Sequence record: PX393109.1 | Direction: 5' to 3' (one strand) | Length of the DNA: 64,000 nucleotides | Origin: a phage | Shown: positions 9,324-18,330 of the stretch, piece after piece | Position numbering within the stretch: the first letter of the stretch is position 1 | How the letters are laid out: each line of letters opens with the position of its first letter | Made by a program: the position numbers and the translations under genes | The notes under the pieces: generated by a model | Told to the model about the DNA's origin: nothing | The model's database searches: none | The model's input: the letters and a program-made list of their open reading frames with translations, nothing else

Positions 9324-10232
9324 ATGAAGAAGTTAGATTTGATGATTGGCTGCACTAACCACACAGCAGCTACACTATCCCAGATTCTTAAGATGGGTGT
9401 AAGTCTGGACCAGGTTATGGTAGTTGATCAGGATCATACCAAGCATGGTTCAGTAGCGTTAACTGCTCCTCGTGAGGGATCAGTACGACTTCCTTATTTC
9501 GACTCGGTTATCGAAGAGCTGAATCAGGGTAAGTACCGCAATCCGGAAAGCTACATCTATACCAAAATCGGTAACGATCTGCACGCTATCGAAAGTACGT
9601 GGTCTAAAGCTGACCAATTATCCTGCCTTCGCTCCGAAGCTAATCTGGGAACTATGCCTGATTCGCTGATTGTACCGTCGTTTAGACTGTACCAGAAGCC
9701 TCAGGAGGCGTTTGTACGCCGTGATCGTGTTCACGGGGGCAAGGGTGCAGGCACTATGTCGGACCTTCTGGGGGACTCCCCAATTTTGGTCTGTGATAAG
9801 GCGCCGGACGAATATACTACTTCTCTGGTACTTCAAGCAGATGTTATCGACGGTATGGTAGTTGCCTGGGATCTTCTGGTTAGCCCGAGCGGGTTCAAGG
9901 ATTATGCAGATATTTTCACTATCCAGGGTAAATCCTACGAAGATACTGACTTCACTCCGTACTGCCATAACTACGTTATATCTACTGATGCCCGTGGATT
10001 CGGCTATAGTCATTCGGTAGACCACTTCGAAGATGTTGCGCAATTCGTTGCAGACGCATGTAACGTACGCGAGGGTATGATGAGCACTGAGCTCTTCTGT
10101 ACTCGGGATCTTCAGGAGTGCTTCTATATCGAAACCAACTTCCGTAGTGCGGACATCGTCCTCGCTACTTCACCTGCTGGCTACGCATACGTCCGTCGCC
10201 AGTTAATCGCTAAGGGCGTAATTGAGGAATAA
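9324..10232 (+). CDS. hypothetical protein (302 aa), member of putative modification cluster
   Basis: ORF with own class A motif and RBS; no confident domain assignment from sequence alone. Confidence 0.5.
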   Translation: MKKLDLMIGCTNHTAATLSQILKMGVSLDQVMVVDQDHTKHGSVALTAPREGSVRLPYFDSVIEELNQGKYRNPESYIYTKIGNDLHAIESTWSKADQLSCLRSEANLGTMPDSLIVPSFRLYQKPQEAFVRRDRVHGGKGAGTMSDLLGDSPILVCDKAPDEYTTSLVLQADVIDGMVVAWDLLVSPSGFKDYADIFTIQGKSYEDTDFTPYCHNYVISTDARGFGYSHSVDHFEDVAQFVADACNVREGMMSTELFCTRDLQECFYIETNFRSADIVLATSPAGYAYVRRQLIAKGVIEE

Positions 10233-10235
10233 TCA

Positions 10236-11618
10236 ATGTCAGATTCAAAGGTAGTTACCTGGGGGACGGTGCTAGTAACGGTGGGTATCATACTCGCCAT
10301 TATGTTAGCTCCCACCCAGTTTGGTGCTGTAATGGACTGGAGTAAGTCTGTATTCATATCTCAGTATGGATTCATATTTACCTGGTCTTCGCTGATCTTC
10401 CTAGCGTTCCTGGCATTCTTTGTATTCAGCAAGCATGGTAACATTAAGCTGGGTAAAGGTGCTCCGAAATATAATCGCTTTACCTATTACTCCATGATGT
10501 TTAGTACCGGTATGGGTGTATCCATGATTTATTATGGTGTACTCGAACCTATGTACCATCAGCAGGAGGGTATGTCCGAACGTCAGAATATGGTAACTAC
10601 CTTCTTTGACTGGGGACTTAACGCATGGGCAGTTTATGCAGTCGTAGGGGTGGCATTCGGGTACTTACTGCATGTACGTGGTGAAGACCGTCCGCTTAAT
10701 CAGTTATTCAAGTCCCGAGCTCTGAATAACCTTAATACGATAAGCTTACTCTTCTCTACCATCATAGGCTTAACCCTGTCGTTCGTCTACGCAGTAGGCC
10801 CGATCAGTTCCGGATTTAAAGAGTTCCTGGGAGTGGATGTTGGTCCTTACACCATTATCGCGCTCCTGACTCTGGGTACTGTACTTAGTGCCGTAACTGG
10901 TGTCGATCGTGGGGTTAAGTGGTTATCCAGATATAATGTAATCGTAGCTCTATCTATTATGGCATTCGTTGCTGTAAGTGGTACATTCTTCGAATACCTC
11001 TGGAAGACCATCACCTATTCTGGTAGCTATCTGCTCCAGATTATTCCTATGTCAGTAAACATCGGCAGTACTGCTGAAGAGAAGCAATGGCTGGCTAGCT
11101 GGCCTTATGCTTACTATGCAGCCTGGGTAGGTTGGGCATTATTCGTCGGAGCGTTTGTGGCACGTATCTCTTACGGCCGTACTATTCGCGAACTGATCCT
11201 CGGATGTGTACTGTTCCCTACCATCATCAGTAACGTCTGGTTTACCGTATTCGGTGTAGCTGGTCTACAACATGGTGCTCAGGATATCTTCCAGCTTCTG
11301 GCTAATTTCCCAGGCGGATGGATATTCTCGGTAATTACCCTCGTGTCTGTGATCCTGTTCTTTATTACAGGTCATGACTCAGCAGGTATTACGGTAGAGT
11401 CCATGACCGCTCCTAGAACTCGTGTATTCTGGATTGTAAGCATGGGTGTAGTTGCTGCTGCACTTAACTGGGCAGGTGGCGACGTAGTAACTGTAACGAA
11501 GACTCTGGTAGCTGTATCGGCTGTTCCGGTACTGATTGGGGTATTGTGTATTCTATTCGGGTTCCTCAAGATCTTTGTACCTAAAGTATTCTTGGCTAAG
11601 GAAACTCCGCCTGTTTGA
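10236..11618 (+). CDS. BCCT-family transporter (betaine/carnitine/choline transporter-like)
   Basis: Multi-TM protein with Trp-rich BCCT signature region AWVGWALFVGAFVARISYGRTIRELILG, as I recall it from BetT/CaiT/OpuD. Confidence 0.7.
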   Translation: MSDSKVVTWGTVLVTVGIILAIMLAPTQFGAVMDWSKSVFISQYGFIFTWSSLIFLAFLAFFVFSKHGNIKLGKGAPKYNRFTYYSMMFSTGMGVSMIYYGVLEPMYHQQEGMSERQNMVTTFFDWGLNAWAVYAVVGVAFGYLLHVRGEDRPLNQLFKSRALNNLNTISLLFSTIIGLTLSFVYAVGPISSGFKEFLGVDVGPYTIIALLTLGTVLSAVTGVDRGVKWLSRYNVIVALSIMAFVAVSGTFFEYLWKTITYSGSYLLQIIPMSVNIGSTAEEKQWLASWPYAYYAAWVGWALFVGAFVARISYGRTIRELILGCVLFPTIISNVWFTVFGVAGLQHGAQDIFQLLANFPGGWIFSVITLVSVILFFITGHDSAGITVESMTAPRTRVFWIVSMGVVAAALNWAGGDVVTVTKTLVAVSAVPVLIGVLCILFGFLKIFVPKVFLAKETPPV

Positions 11619-11642
11619 TGACCTAAAAGGCTGTTAAGGTGT
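11607..11642 (+). promoter_or_regulatory. class A conserved promoter-like motif, copy 4
   Basis: CCGCCTGTTTGATGACCTAAAAGGCTGTTAAGGTGT overlapping 3' end of transporter gene. Confidence 0.55.
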
Positions 11643-11653
11643 CAGAGGCGTAC

Positions 11654-11686
11654 GGGGTTAGGTCTCTACGGCCTAACCCCATTTTT
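11654..11686 (+). terminator. hairpin terminator (GGGGTTAGG...CCTAACCCC + ATTTTTG)
   Basis: 9-bp stem and T-run located between class A copy 4 and the next gene; shares CCCCATTTTTGTGTAG tail with terminator at 4437. Confidence 0.6.
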
Positions 11687-11704
11687 GTGTAGCGAGGATT
11701 AATA

Positions 11705-12316
11705 ATGAAGTCACGACTGATTATCAGCCCACATCACGATGATGAGATTCTGGGTTGCGGAGGTATTATGAGCAAATTCCGCGATGACCAATTCTTCATC
11801 CTCGAAGTAACTGCTCCGGACGAGACCCGTCGTGGCGAAGCCGAAGCAGCATTCGGTGTCTATCCGAATATCAAAGAAGTACATTGCCTGGAGCGTAACG
11901 ATGCCTCCACAGGCGATGGTATGACTCAGAAGGATATTCCGCAATTGGCTAAGGATATTGCGGACTATGTTGCTAAAATCAGGCCGGATGTAGTCTATAT
12001 TCCGTTCAGTAGCCTACACCAGGACCATCAACTAGTTAATCATGCTGCTCGTGTAGCTCTCCGAGCGTATAACTGGCTTATCCTGGAATATGAGTATGCC
12101 GAGTCCCTGACCCAGTTCGGTCAGATGGAACCTAATTACTTCGAGCGTCTGAATAAGGACGATATTGAGTGTAAGTGCCAGGCTATGGGACGATTCGACT
12201 CCCAGATTAAGTCAGACCGAGATACCCAGAGTATCTTAGCCCTAGCCACCTTACGTGGATATTCCGCCCAGTGGCCGTACGCCGAAGGGTTTCGCTTAGT
12301 TCGTCAAATTGGATAA
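11705..12316 (+). CDS. PIG-L/LmbE-family deacetylase (N-acetyl-sugar deacetylase-like)
   Basis: N-terminal ISPHHDDEILGCGG and HQDH motifs characteristic of the zinc-dependent LmbE/PIG-L fold. Confidence 0.65.
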   Translation: MKSRLIISPHHDDEILGCGGIMSKFRDDQFFILEVTAPDETRRGEAEAAFGVYPNIKEVHCLERNDASTGDGMTQKDIPQLAKDIADYVAKIRPDVVYIPFSSLHQDHQLVNHAARVALRAYNWLILEYEYAESLTQFGQMEPNYFERLNKDDIECKCQAMGRFDSQIKSDRDTQSILALATLRGYSAQWPYAEGFRLVRQIG

Positions 12317-12322
12317 ATAATT

Positions 12323-13357
12323 ATGACCACCAAAGTAGCTTTTATCATCCCAACCTATCATCGTCTGAAGTCGGTACTCCGTCAGATTCAGTCGTTCAAA
12401 GATGCTAAAAAGACTGACGACTCTATTGAGTATCGCTTCTTCTACTTTATTCAGGATGCCTCCGAAGAAGATAAGGCAATTCTGGAAGAGCAGTTTGGTG
12501 GGGATGAGCAATTTAATTTCTGTCATAGCCCTAAGTACGAAAATCCGGTAATCGGAGAAATCCGTGCCCATGCTCTGGATAAAGCATGGATTGTAATGGA
12601 GAAGCAGGACTGGTGCCCAGACATCTGCTACTTCGTGGATGATGATGTCTGGTTCGCCGACGATATCTTCCATCTGGATCGGTCCATTATCGACTTCGAG
12701 GGATCTGAGTTTGAGATGGCGTTCGTCCGTAGCTTCAAGAACCGTAACTACAAGATTGTTGAACTCTGCGATCGTCAGTCCCATAATAACACTGCTCCGG
12801 CTACTGACCTGGGTATTATGGTCAAGACTAGCGAGAAGATGTTCTGGCTGTTCGATAAGACCTTCCAGCAACTCACTGTAGGTGAGGATTGCTACCTGTT
12901 GTTTAAAGGTATGGCGATGGGATGGAAAGTGGGCCAGGTAACCGGTACTGGTAGCTCGTTCTACTGGGATGAGAACTGGTTAATGGACACCTCTTCTAAT
13001 GGCGGTGGTATTCACGAAGTCACCGTAGCTAAGCTAGGCTACTCTCCGAAAGATATGGTAACTCGTAATGAGCTGCTTAGCCGTCCAGATAAGTCCTACG
13101 TACAGTGGCATTGTGCAGATATGTTCCACTATGACTCTGCAGATAGCTCGTTCCGTCGTATTCGTCCCAACATCCAGGAATACTTGAAAGAGTATTGTAC
13201 GGCTACCGAAGATGCAATTATCCGAGCTCCTGGTGCTGGGGTAATGAAGTTCGATGGAACTAACCGTACGGTATTCGGATTAAACAAAGACTATTCCTAC
13301 TTAACTGATCTCAATGATAAGTGGCTGAGTTGGGCATCAGCTAATTCGCTTCTTTGA
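12323..13357 (+). CDS. GT-A fold glycosyltransferase (family 2-like)
   Basis: N-terminal AFIIPTYHR and DXD-type YFVDDD motifs. Confidence 0.5.
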   Translation: MTTKVAFIIPTYHRLKSVLRQIQSFKDAKKTDDSIEYRFFYFIQDASEEDKAILEEQFGGDEQFNFCHSPKYENPVIGEIRAHALDKAWIVMEKQDWCPDICYFVDDDVWFADDIFHLDRSIIDFEGSEFEMAFVRSFKNRNYKIVELCDRQSHNNTAPATDLGIMVKTSEKMFWLFDKTFQQLTVGEDCYLLFKGMAMGWKVGQVTGTGSSFYWDENWLMDTSSNGGGIHEVTVAKLGYSPKDMVTRNELLSRPDKSYVQWHCADMFHYDSADSSFRRIRPNIQEYLKEYCTATEDAIIRAPGAGVMKFDGTNRTVFGLNKDYSYLTDLNDKWLSWASANSLL

Positions 13358-13382
13358 TGAGCTAAAAGGCTGTTACATTGTG
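13346..13382 (+). promoter_or_regulatory. class A conserved promoter-like motif, copy 5 (core embedded in hairpin GGCTGT..ACAGCC)
   Basis: TCGCTTCTTTGATGAGCTAAAAGGCTGTTACATTGTG. Confidence 0.55.
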
Positions 13383-13404
13383 ACAGCCTACGGAGAAATT
13401 AAAT

Positions 13405-14484
13405 ATGAAAATTGCAGTAACTAACTTTTCGCCATGCAGCGATAAATCCATCATCGCCAGTAACACTCTGGCATCCTGGTTAGCCTACGGACTTCAGGCG
13501 GACTTGCTGGATGATACTCCTAAGTTTGTTAAGGCTATGGAAGATGGCACCAAATATGACGTGATCATCGCCGTCAATGGTGTTCCTACCTTCTGTAAGT
13601 TCCGCGATGAGATGTATAAATTCTGGGTAGACCAGGCGGACCTCGGAGCTAAGTTTTACTGGATTGGTCAAGATTATTCATCACGTATGCGTATCCAGGG
13701 TCCGCAGTGGCGACACATCACAGCAGCTACGACATTTAAAGTAGTAGCAGCATTCGAGCGTACTTCCTGGGGTAATCAGTACTCCCCTAGCGAAGAGAAC
13801 TATCACCACATTAACTGGAACCGTCTTACCTACGTTCCTGGTCGTAAGCCTCGCTACGGCTCATCTGATAAACCAGACAATAGCCTGCTGTATTACGGTG
13901 CTGCTCGTGAAGGTCGCTTCCATAAGTTCACTCAGTACTTCTCCCAGCAGGATGGTCTGGAACTGTTTATGTCGGTGCCTAGCTACAAAGCTCAGATGTC
14001 TATCGCTAAACATACTGGTGGTCTTGCTGGATTTGACGGCTACGAGCAGGAAAACTGGGAAGAGCTGGATCCTAAAGAACGTAAGTGGCTGGGGCCTGCT
14101 GCTCCTATTAACTGGCTGCCTAAGTTTAAGCTGTCAGAGATGCTGGATGAAGTGGCTAAATACGCAGCGGTACTGCTTATTGAAGACTGGAACTCTAGTA
14201 ACTCGTTCTATACCAGCCCACCTAACCGTTATTATGAATACCTGAGCTCTGGTACTCTGATGTTGGTGGATAAAGATGCTGCCGGAACAATAATCCGGAG
14301 CGGCGTCCCCGAAGAGCTGCTGGCTCCTCTGATCGTCTCCAGTAATGCGGAGATTGCAGAGAAACTGAAAGATCGTGATGCTCTGCTGAAACATCAGTAT
14401 GAGAATCTGTATCTGCGCAAGGATTACGCACAAGAACTTCAGGATGAAGTAATCGACTACTTTACCAAAGAAGGTATTCTTTAA
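13405..14484 (+). CDS. DNA beta-glucosyltransferase-like protein (T4 BGT-like, GT-B fold)
   Basis: Several colinear blocks resemble T4 beta-glucosyltransferase as I recall it (MKIAVTNFS vs MKIAIINMG; YDVIIAVNG; YYGAAREGRFHK vs YGGSFRSGQRE; RYYEYLSSGTLMLVD vs RVWETMASDAVMLID). Recall-based, needs alignment. Confidence 0.5.
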   Translation: MKIAVTNFSPCSDKSIIASNTLASWLAYGLQADLLDDTPKFVKAMEDGTKYDVIIAVNGVPTFCKFRDEMYKFWVDQADLGAKFYWIGQDYSSRMRIQGPQWRHITAATTFKVVAAFERTSWGNQYSPSEENYHHINWNRLTYVPGRKPRYGSSDKPDNSLLYYGAAREGRFHKFTQYFSQQDGLELFMSVPSYKAQMSIAKHTGGLAGFDGYEQENWEELDPKERKWLGPAAPINWLPKFKLSEMLDEVAKYAAVLLIEDWNSSNSFYTSPPNRYYEYLSSGTLMLVDKDAAGTIIRSGVPEELLAPLIVSSNAEIAEKLKDRDALLKHQYENLYLRKDYAQELQDEVIDYFTKEGIL

Positions 14485-15455
14485 TGTCAACACCGTTAGG
14501 TCTGCATTACGAAGGACTCCTTGGGATGATAAATCCTGAGGAGTTACGGGAGTATGTGGAGTATAACCGTGAACGTACAGAGGTTTATTATAAGAAGGAG
14601 GTGCTTAAGCTGCCTCCTCCGTGGACGGAACATAAGTGGATTAGTAAGTTCAAATTCACTAACGTGTTCCGTAAGCACGATCGTGAAACAGTGTGGGCTA
14701 TTAAGAACATTCTGGAGAACGATTCTTTAAGCTGGGAGAGTAAAGCACTTAATGTAGTACTCTTCCAGATGATAAACCGTGGTGATTCATATATGGATCG
14801 CTTCCGCAGAGTCCTTCCTCTTTATGAGATGAGCTATGACGACATACATAACATGGGTCGCGAAGAGCTACGTCGTTATGAGGATGGTCCTCCGTTCACC
14901 GCTCCACAGCAATCAAATGCCTACTTCCTTAGCACAGCAGTTAAGATGGCTAATGAAGTATGTCCAGAGGATATTAAGTACAGTGTAGCTGCCAGAGCCT
15001 ATCTGGTGAAGACCTACAGTGATCCTATCTTATGGGCATGGAAGTCTCCGTTCGCTACCGAGGCTATCGAGCATCTGTTACAGGTATCTGGATTAGGTCC
15101 GTTCATGGCATATCAATGCTGGGCAACTATGTCCTACTCTAAAGAGACTGCGTATACAGATAATGACGCTATCGTATGTGGACCTGGGACTCAGGATGGG
15201 GTATGGTACATGATTAATGACCAGAATCCTCCCTGTGGTTATCAGGTATTCGTGGAATGGTGGTATCAGAACATCAAAGAGATATGTGCACATTTCGGGT
15301 ATTCATGGGAACCGGAGAAATGGTTCCACTTCATGCCAGAGGATGAGCGATTCTATACTCGCCAGATGTTCACCAACTCATTCTGCGAATTCTCGAAACT
15401 ACATAAACTGAATCACGAGATCCGTATGAGACCTCGCTGGTATAAGTTTAGCTAG
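14484..15455 (+). CDS. hypothetical protein (323 aa), member of putative modification cluster
   Basis: ORF translationally coupled (TAATG) to upstream gene; no confident domain. Confidence 0.5.
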   Translation: MSTPLGLHYEGLLGMINPEELREYVEYNRERTEVYYKKEVLKLPPPWTEHKWISKFKFTNVFRKHDRETVWAIKNILENDSLSWESKALNVVLFQMINRGDSYMDRFRRVLPLYEMSYDDIHNMGREELRRYEDGPPFTAPQQSNAYFLSTAVKMANEVCPEDIKYSVAARAYLVKTYSDPILWAWKSPFATEAIEHLLQVSGLGPFMAYQCWATMSYSKETAYTDNDAIVCGPGTQDGVWYMINDQNPPCGYQVFVEWWYQNIKEICAHFGYSWEPEKWFHFMPEDERFYTRQMFTNSFCEFSKLHKLNHEIRMRPRWYKFS

Positions 15456-15481
15456 TTCACATTTACACCAGCCTTTTTAGT

Positions 15482-15517
15482 CCGCTCTTTTAGGGTCTTG
15501 AAAGGCTGTTAAAATGT
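15482..15517 (+). promoter_or_regulatory. class A conserved promoter-like motif, copy 6
   Basis: CCGCTCTTTTAGGGTCTTGAAAGGCTGTTAAAATGT. Confidence 0.6.
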
Positions 15518-15544
15518 GGGAAAGATTCTTAATTGGAGAGAATA

Positions 15545-16267
15545 ATGAGAGACTATAGTATCCCAGGCTACAGTGTAATTATGTCTGGTGCGCAGGGTAC
15601 CGGTAAATCTACCCTGGCTAAAGGTTGGGAAGAATCAACCGAATGTACCTTCCGTGCAGTACAGACTCGTGACCATCTTCCTCTGGGAGTAACATCCCAT
15701 ATGGATATTCTGCGCTTAGCTGTAGAAGATCCTATGGAAGCGGTAGAGTTCCAGCTGCGTCTTATTCGTCAGCGAACTCAGATGTTCAAGGATGCCTACA
15801 ATCGTGGCGAGTTGATCGTCAGTGATCGTGCGGTATTCGATTCGTACGTTTACTTCCTGCTGCATAACAGTATGTTTGCCAGCCAGGAAGCTCGTGATGA
15901 GGCATTACGTCTCAGTAACGAGTCTATTGATTATTATAACATGACTCTGTTCTTCAATACGAAGGATAAGAGTATTGAGGACAATAACTTCCGTGTTGTT
16001 GATCCTGAATACTCTGTAGCAGTCAGTTCTACTCTCCTTAAGGTAACTATGCGTGCCTACGAGGAGCGATTCGGTGCTGCGTTGTGTAATTCTGTAACTC
16101 TGAATCATCCGGTGTATCCTGGATCAATCACAGCTCGTTTTACTAATACTGGTAAAGGTATTATGATCCTGAACGAGCCATCTGGTATGATCCCTCAGGA
16201 GGCCCGTCTGGAGTTACTGTCCTCTGCAGTTAAGTCTATTGATTCAGTGCGTAAGGACTCTAAATGA
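15545..16267 (+). CDS. P-loop nucleotide/deoxynucleotide kinase (dNMP kinase-like)
   Basis: Walker A MSGAQGTGKST near N-terminus, DR..FDSYVY lid-like region; size and layout resemble dNMP/dNK kinases. Start at ATG 15545 (track start is TTG). Confidence 0.55.
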   Translation: MRDYSIPGYSVIMSGAQGTGKSTLAKGWEESTECTFRAVQTRDHLPLGVTSHMDILRLAVEDPMEAVEFQLRLIRQRTQMFKDAYNRGELIVSDRAVFDSYVYFLLHNSMFASQEARDEALRLSNESIDYYNMTLFFNTKDKSIEDNNFRVVDPEYSVAVSSTLLKVTMRAYEERFGAALCNSVTLNHPVYPGSITARFTNTGKGIMILNEPSGMIPQEARLELLSSAVKSIDSVRKDSK

Positions 16268-17337
16268 TCTCGGTAATTCGCGGTAACAGTAATACTGAAA
16301 TCCTGGTTAACAGCATCAATACTATGGATAAGGCTGGTGAGTTGCAGAAGTCCAGAACTTCTGTTAACTCTTCGGCGGTAGTATCCATCGGTCATGCTGT
16401 AGTTGAGTTAAGTAATCCGATTAATCGTTGGATGGCTCATCCAGAACGTAAAGACAATATCCTCGGAATTATGGGGGAAGTATTGTGGGTACTGTCTGGT
16501 GGCTATGCAATCGATAACTGGATGTCGATTATGGTTCCTCGCGCTAAGATGTTTAGCGATGATATGGTTACCTGGCGTGGTGCTTACGGTGAGCGTCTGT
16601 ATAACTACGATCAACTCCAGACTGTAACAGACCGCCTCCGTTCTGACCTGGGTAACCGTAAGTGCGTGGCTACTATTCACGATCCCAGCCGTGATTCTGA
16701 TGTAGGTCTGGTAAACAGCATTGGCAGCATCAATACCGCAGATATGATCTGCAACATTGCTCTATCGTTTAAGTACCGTAATGGTGGTCTGGACTGCACG
16801 GTATTCAACCGTAGTAATGATCTAATCTGGGGATTGACTAACGTTAATCTGGTGGAGTTCACGATCATCCAGGAAATCATCGCAACTATGCTCAAAGTAG
16901 ATATGGGCAACTATGTGGTGATGACGGATGATCTCCACTGGTATCCGGAAGTGTCGAACATCAAGAAGCAGGTAAGTAATATCCGAGCTTATGTTGACGA
17001 CATTAATGAAGCTCCGGTAACTACGATTGATCTCGGATCACTTAATTCCTGGTATAAGATCCGTACCTACTTCCAGCATTACATCGCTACTCTTGAAGAT
17101 GCTGCTTCTCGTTATAATAGCGATCACAGTATTCTAGAATACGTAATGGAAGATGTTGGTCGAGAGTTCCAACCAGGATCAACTCTGGATGTGATGATGT
17201 GGTTAGCAGGCGCTCATTATCTATGTAAGACTACTGGAGCTCACATGTCTATCCAGTGCGAGCATCTGGTTAATTCACCATTCGTGAAATGGGTCGCGAA
17301 CCGCCTCGGGGATAAGTCTCCGTTTATTCTGGAATAA
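16264..17337 (+). CDS. thymidylate synthase / deoxypyrimidylate hydroxymethylase superfamily enzyme (ThyA-gp42 fold)
   Basis: Colinear ThyA-family motifs: EVLWVLSGG, WRGAYGERLY, DQLQ..RKCVATIHDP, catalytic-Cys region MICNIAL, NRSNDLIWGL, DDLHWY. The RSND and C-x-N features resemble T4 dCMP hydroxymethylase more than canonical ThyA. Confidence 0.7.
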   Translation: MISVIRGNSNTEILVNSINTMDKAGELQKSRTSVNSSAVVSIGHAVVELSNPINRWMAHPERKDNILGIMGEVLWVLSGGYAIDNWMSIMVPRAKMFSDDMVTWRGAYGERLYNYDQLQTVTDRLRSDLGNRKCVATIHDPSRDSDVGLVNSIGSINTADMICNIALSFKYRNGGLDCTVFNRSNDLIWGLTNVNLVEFTIIQEIIATMLKVDMGNYVVMTDDLHWYPEVSNIKKQVSNIRAYVDDINEAPVTTIDLGSLNSWYKIRTYFQHYIATLEDAASRYNSDHSILEYVMEDVGREFQPGSTLDVMMWLAGAHYLCKTTGAHMSIQCEHLVNSPFVKWVANRLGDKSPFILE

Positions 17338-17373
17338 CCGCTCTTTTTAGGGCTCGAAAGGCTGTTAAGGTGT
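17338..17373 (+). promoter_or_regulatory. class A conserved promoter-like motif, copy 7
   Basis: CCGCTCTTTTTAGGGCTCGAAAGGCTGTTAAGGTGT. Confidence 0.6.
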
Positions 17374-17420
17374 GGGAGGCAACTTCCATACCTTTATTTT
17401 TGTAACTTAGGAGAAATTAC

Positions 17421-18020
17421 ATGAAAGATCTTTTTAAGGTACCAGTGTGTACCAATAACGTGAATCGTTTCGCAGGTAAGCAAGTACTGTCTCATCGCTC
17501 TACTATCTCGGAGCATAGCTTCGAAGTTACTTACTACTCTACTCTGATTGTTCAGAAACTGGTGATGGATGGATTTTTAACTGCTGAGCAGGGTCTGGAA
17601 GTAAATCAGTACTCGTTGGTTCACGACATTCCAGAGATCTTTACAGGTGATGTCCCCTACACTGCTAAGGCTCGCTTCCCAGAGTTAAAAGAGACTCTGA
17701 ATAAAGTTGAGCAGGAAATCTGGGAAGAGGTACTTCCTACTTTCCGCACTCCTGCATCTGCCGAAGCTAAGTTCATCTGTAAAGTTGCAGATGCTATTGC
17801 GGTATCTCGTGAGATCATGACTGAGTTCAGCATGGGTAACATCTTCTTTGGCGAAAGCGAGCTGGAGAACTGCCGCAACATCTTCAGTACCTGCTTCAAT
17901 AAGTACAAAGACGAAGTGAGTGATGATGTATGGATGGGTACTCTCCAGTCTCTTCTCCATATGGCACATGGTAGTTCAATAGAGCACCTGGTTAAAGAGA
18001 CTATTGGCAATGCAGATTAA
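17421..18020 (+). CDS. HD-domain phosphohydrolase (YfbR-like 5'-deoxynucleotidase)
   Basis: HSFEV...VHDIPEIFTGDVP...KVADAIAV matches H...HD...D metal-binding pattern of YfbR-type HD nucleotidases. Confidence 0.65.
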   Translation: MKDLFKVPVCTNNVNRFAGKQVLSHRSTISEHSFEVTYYSTLIVQKLVMDGFLTAEQGLEVNQYSLVHDIPEIFTGDVPYTAKARFPELKETLNKVEQEIWEEVLPTFRTPASAEAKFICKVADAIAVSREIMTEFSMGNIFFGESELENCRNIFSTCFNKYKDEVSDDVWMGTLQSLLHMAHGSSIEHLVKETIGNAD

Positions 18021-18330
18021 TATTCCTGAAACTGTTTACGTTGAGAGCTCGTTCGCTCGGACAATTGGTGCTGACGATCAGCACAGTAGTCGTATTGCTC
18101 CAATGAAGCTGCGTAAGAGTGGCTACATTGTTGGAGCTGGCTCATCGGTAGAGTTTCCGGTAGATAGTACGGTAACTGTCGACTCTATCTCTAATCTTTC
18201 TGTATCTTACCTGGGCTTAACTGCTCAGGTATTCTCTACAGACGAAGGTAAGTGGATTCGTCTGACTAACTCTAACAAGAACCATGCAGTACGCATCCAT
18301 GCGGGTCAGAGTTTAGTCTATGGAAATTGA
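18010..18330 (+). CDS. hypothetical protein (106 aa)
   Basis: ORF overlapping 3' end of HD gene; no domain recognised. Confidence 0.4.
   Translation: MQINIPETVYVESSFARTIGADDQHSSRIAPMKLRKSGYIVGAGSSVEFPVDSTVTVDSISNLSVSYLGLTAQVFSTDEGKWIRLTNSNKNHAVRIHAGQSLVYGN

Noticed and set aside
12296-12871. 191-aa minus-strand ORF overlapping the PIG-L deacetylase and GT-A genes
   Set aside because: Antisense to two genes with recognisable motifs; no RBS; whole block is + strand.
16264-17337. Calling this gene simply thymidylate synthase (thyA)
   Set aside because: Motifs match the fold, but the N-terminal extension, the RSND/C-x-N pattern and the adjacent BGT-like gene make hydroxymethylase function at least as likely; left as superfamily-level call.
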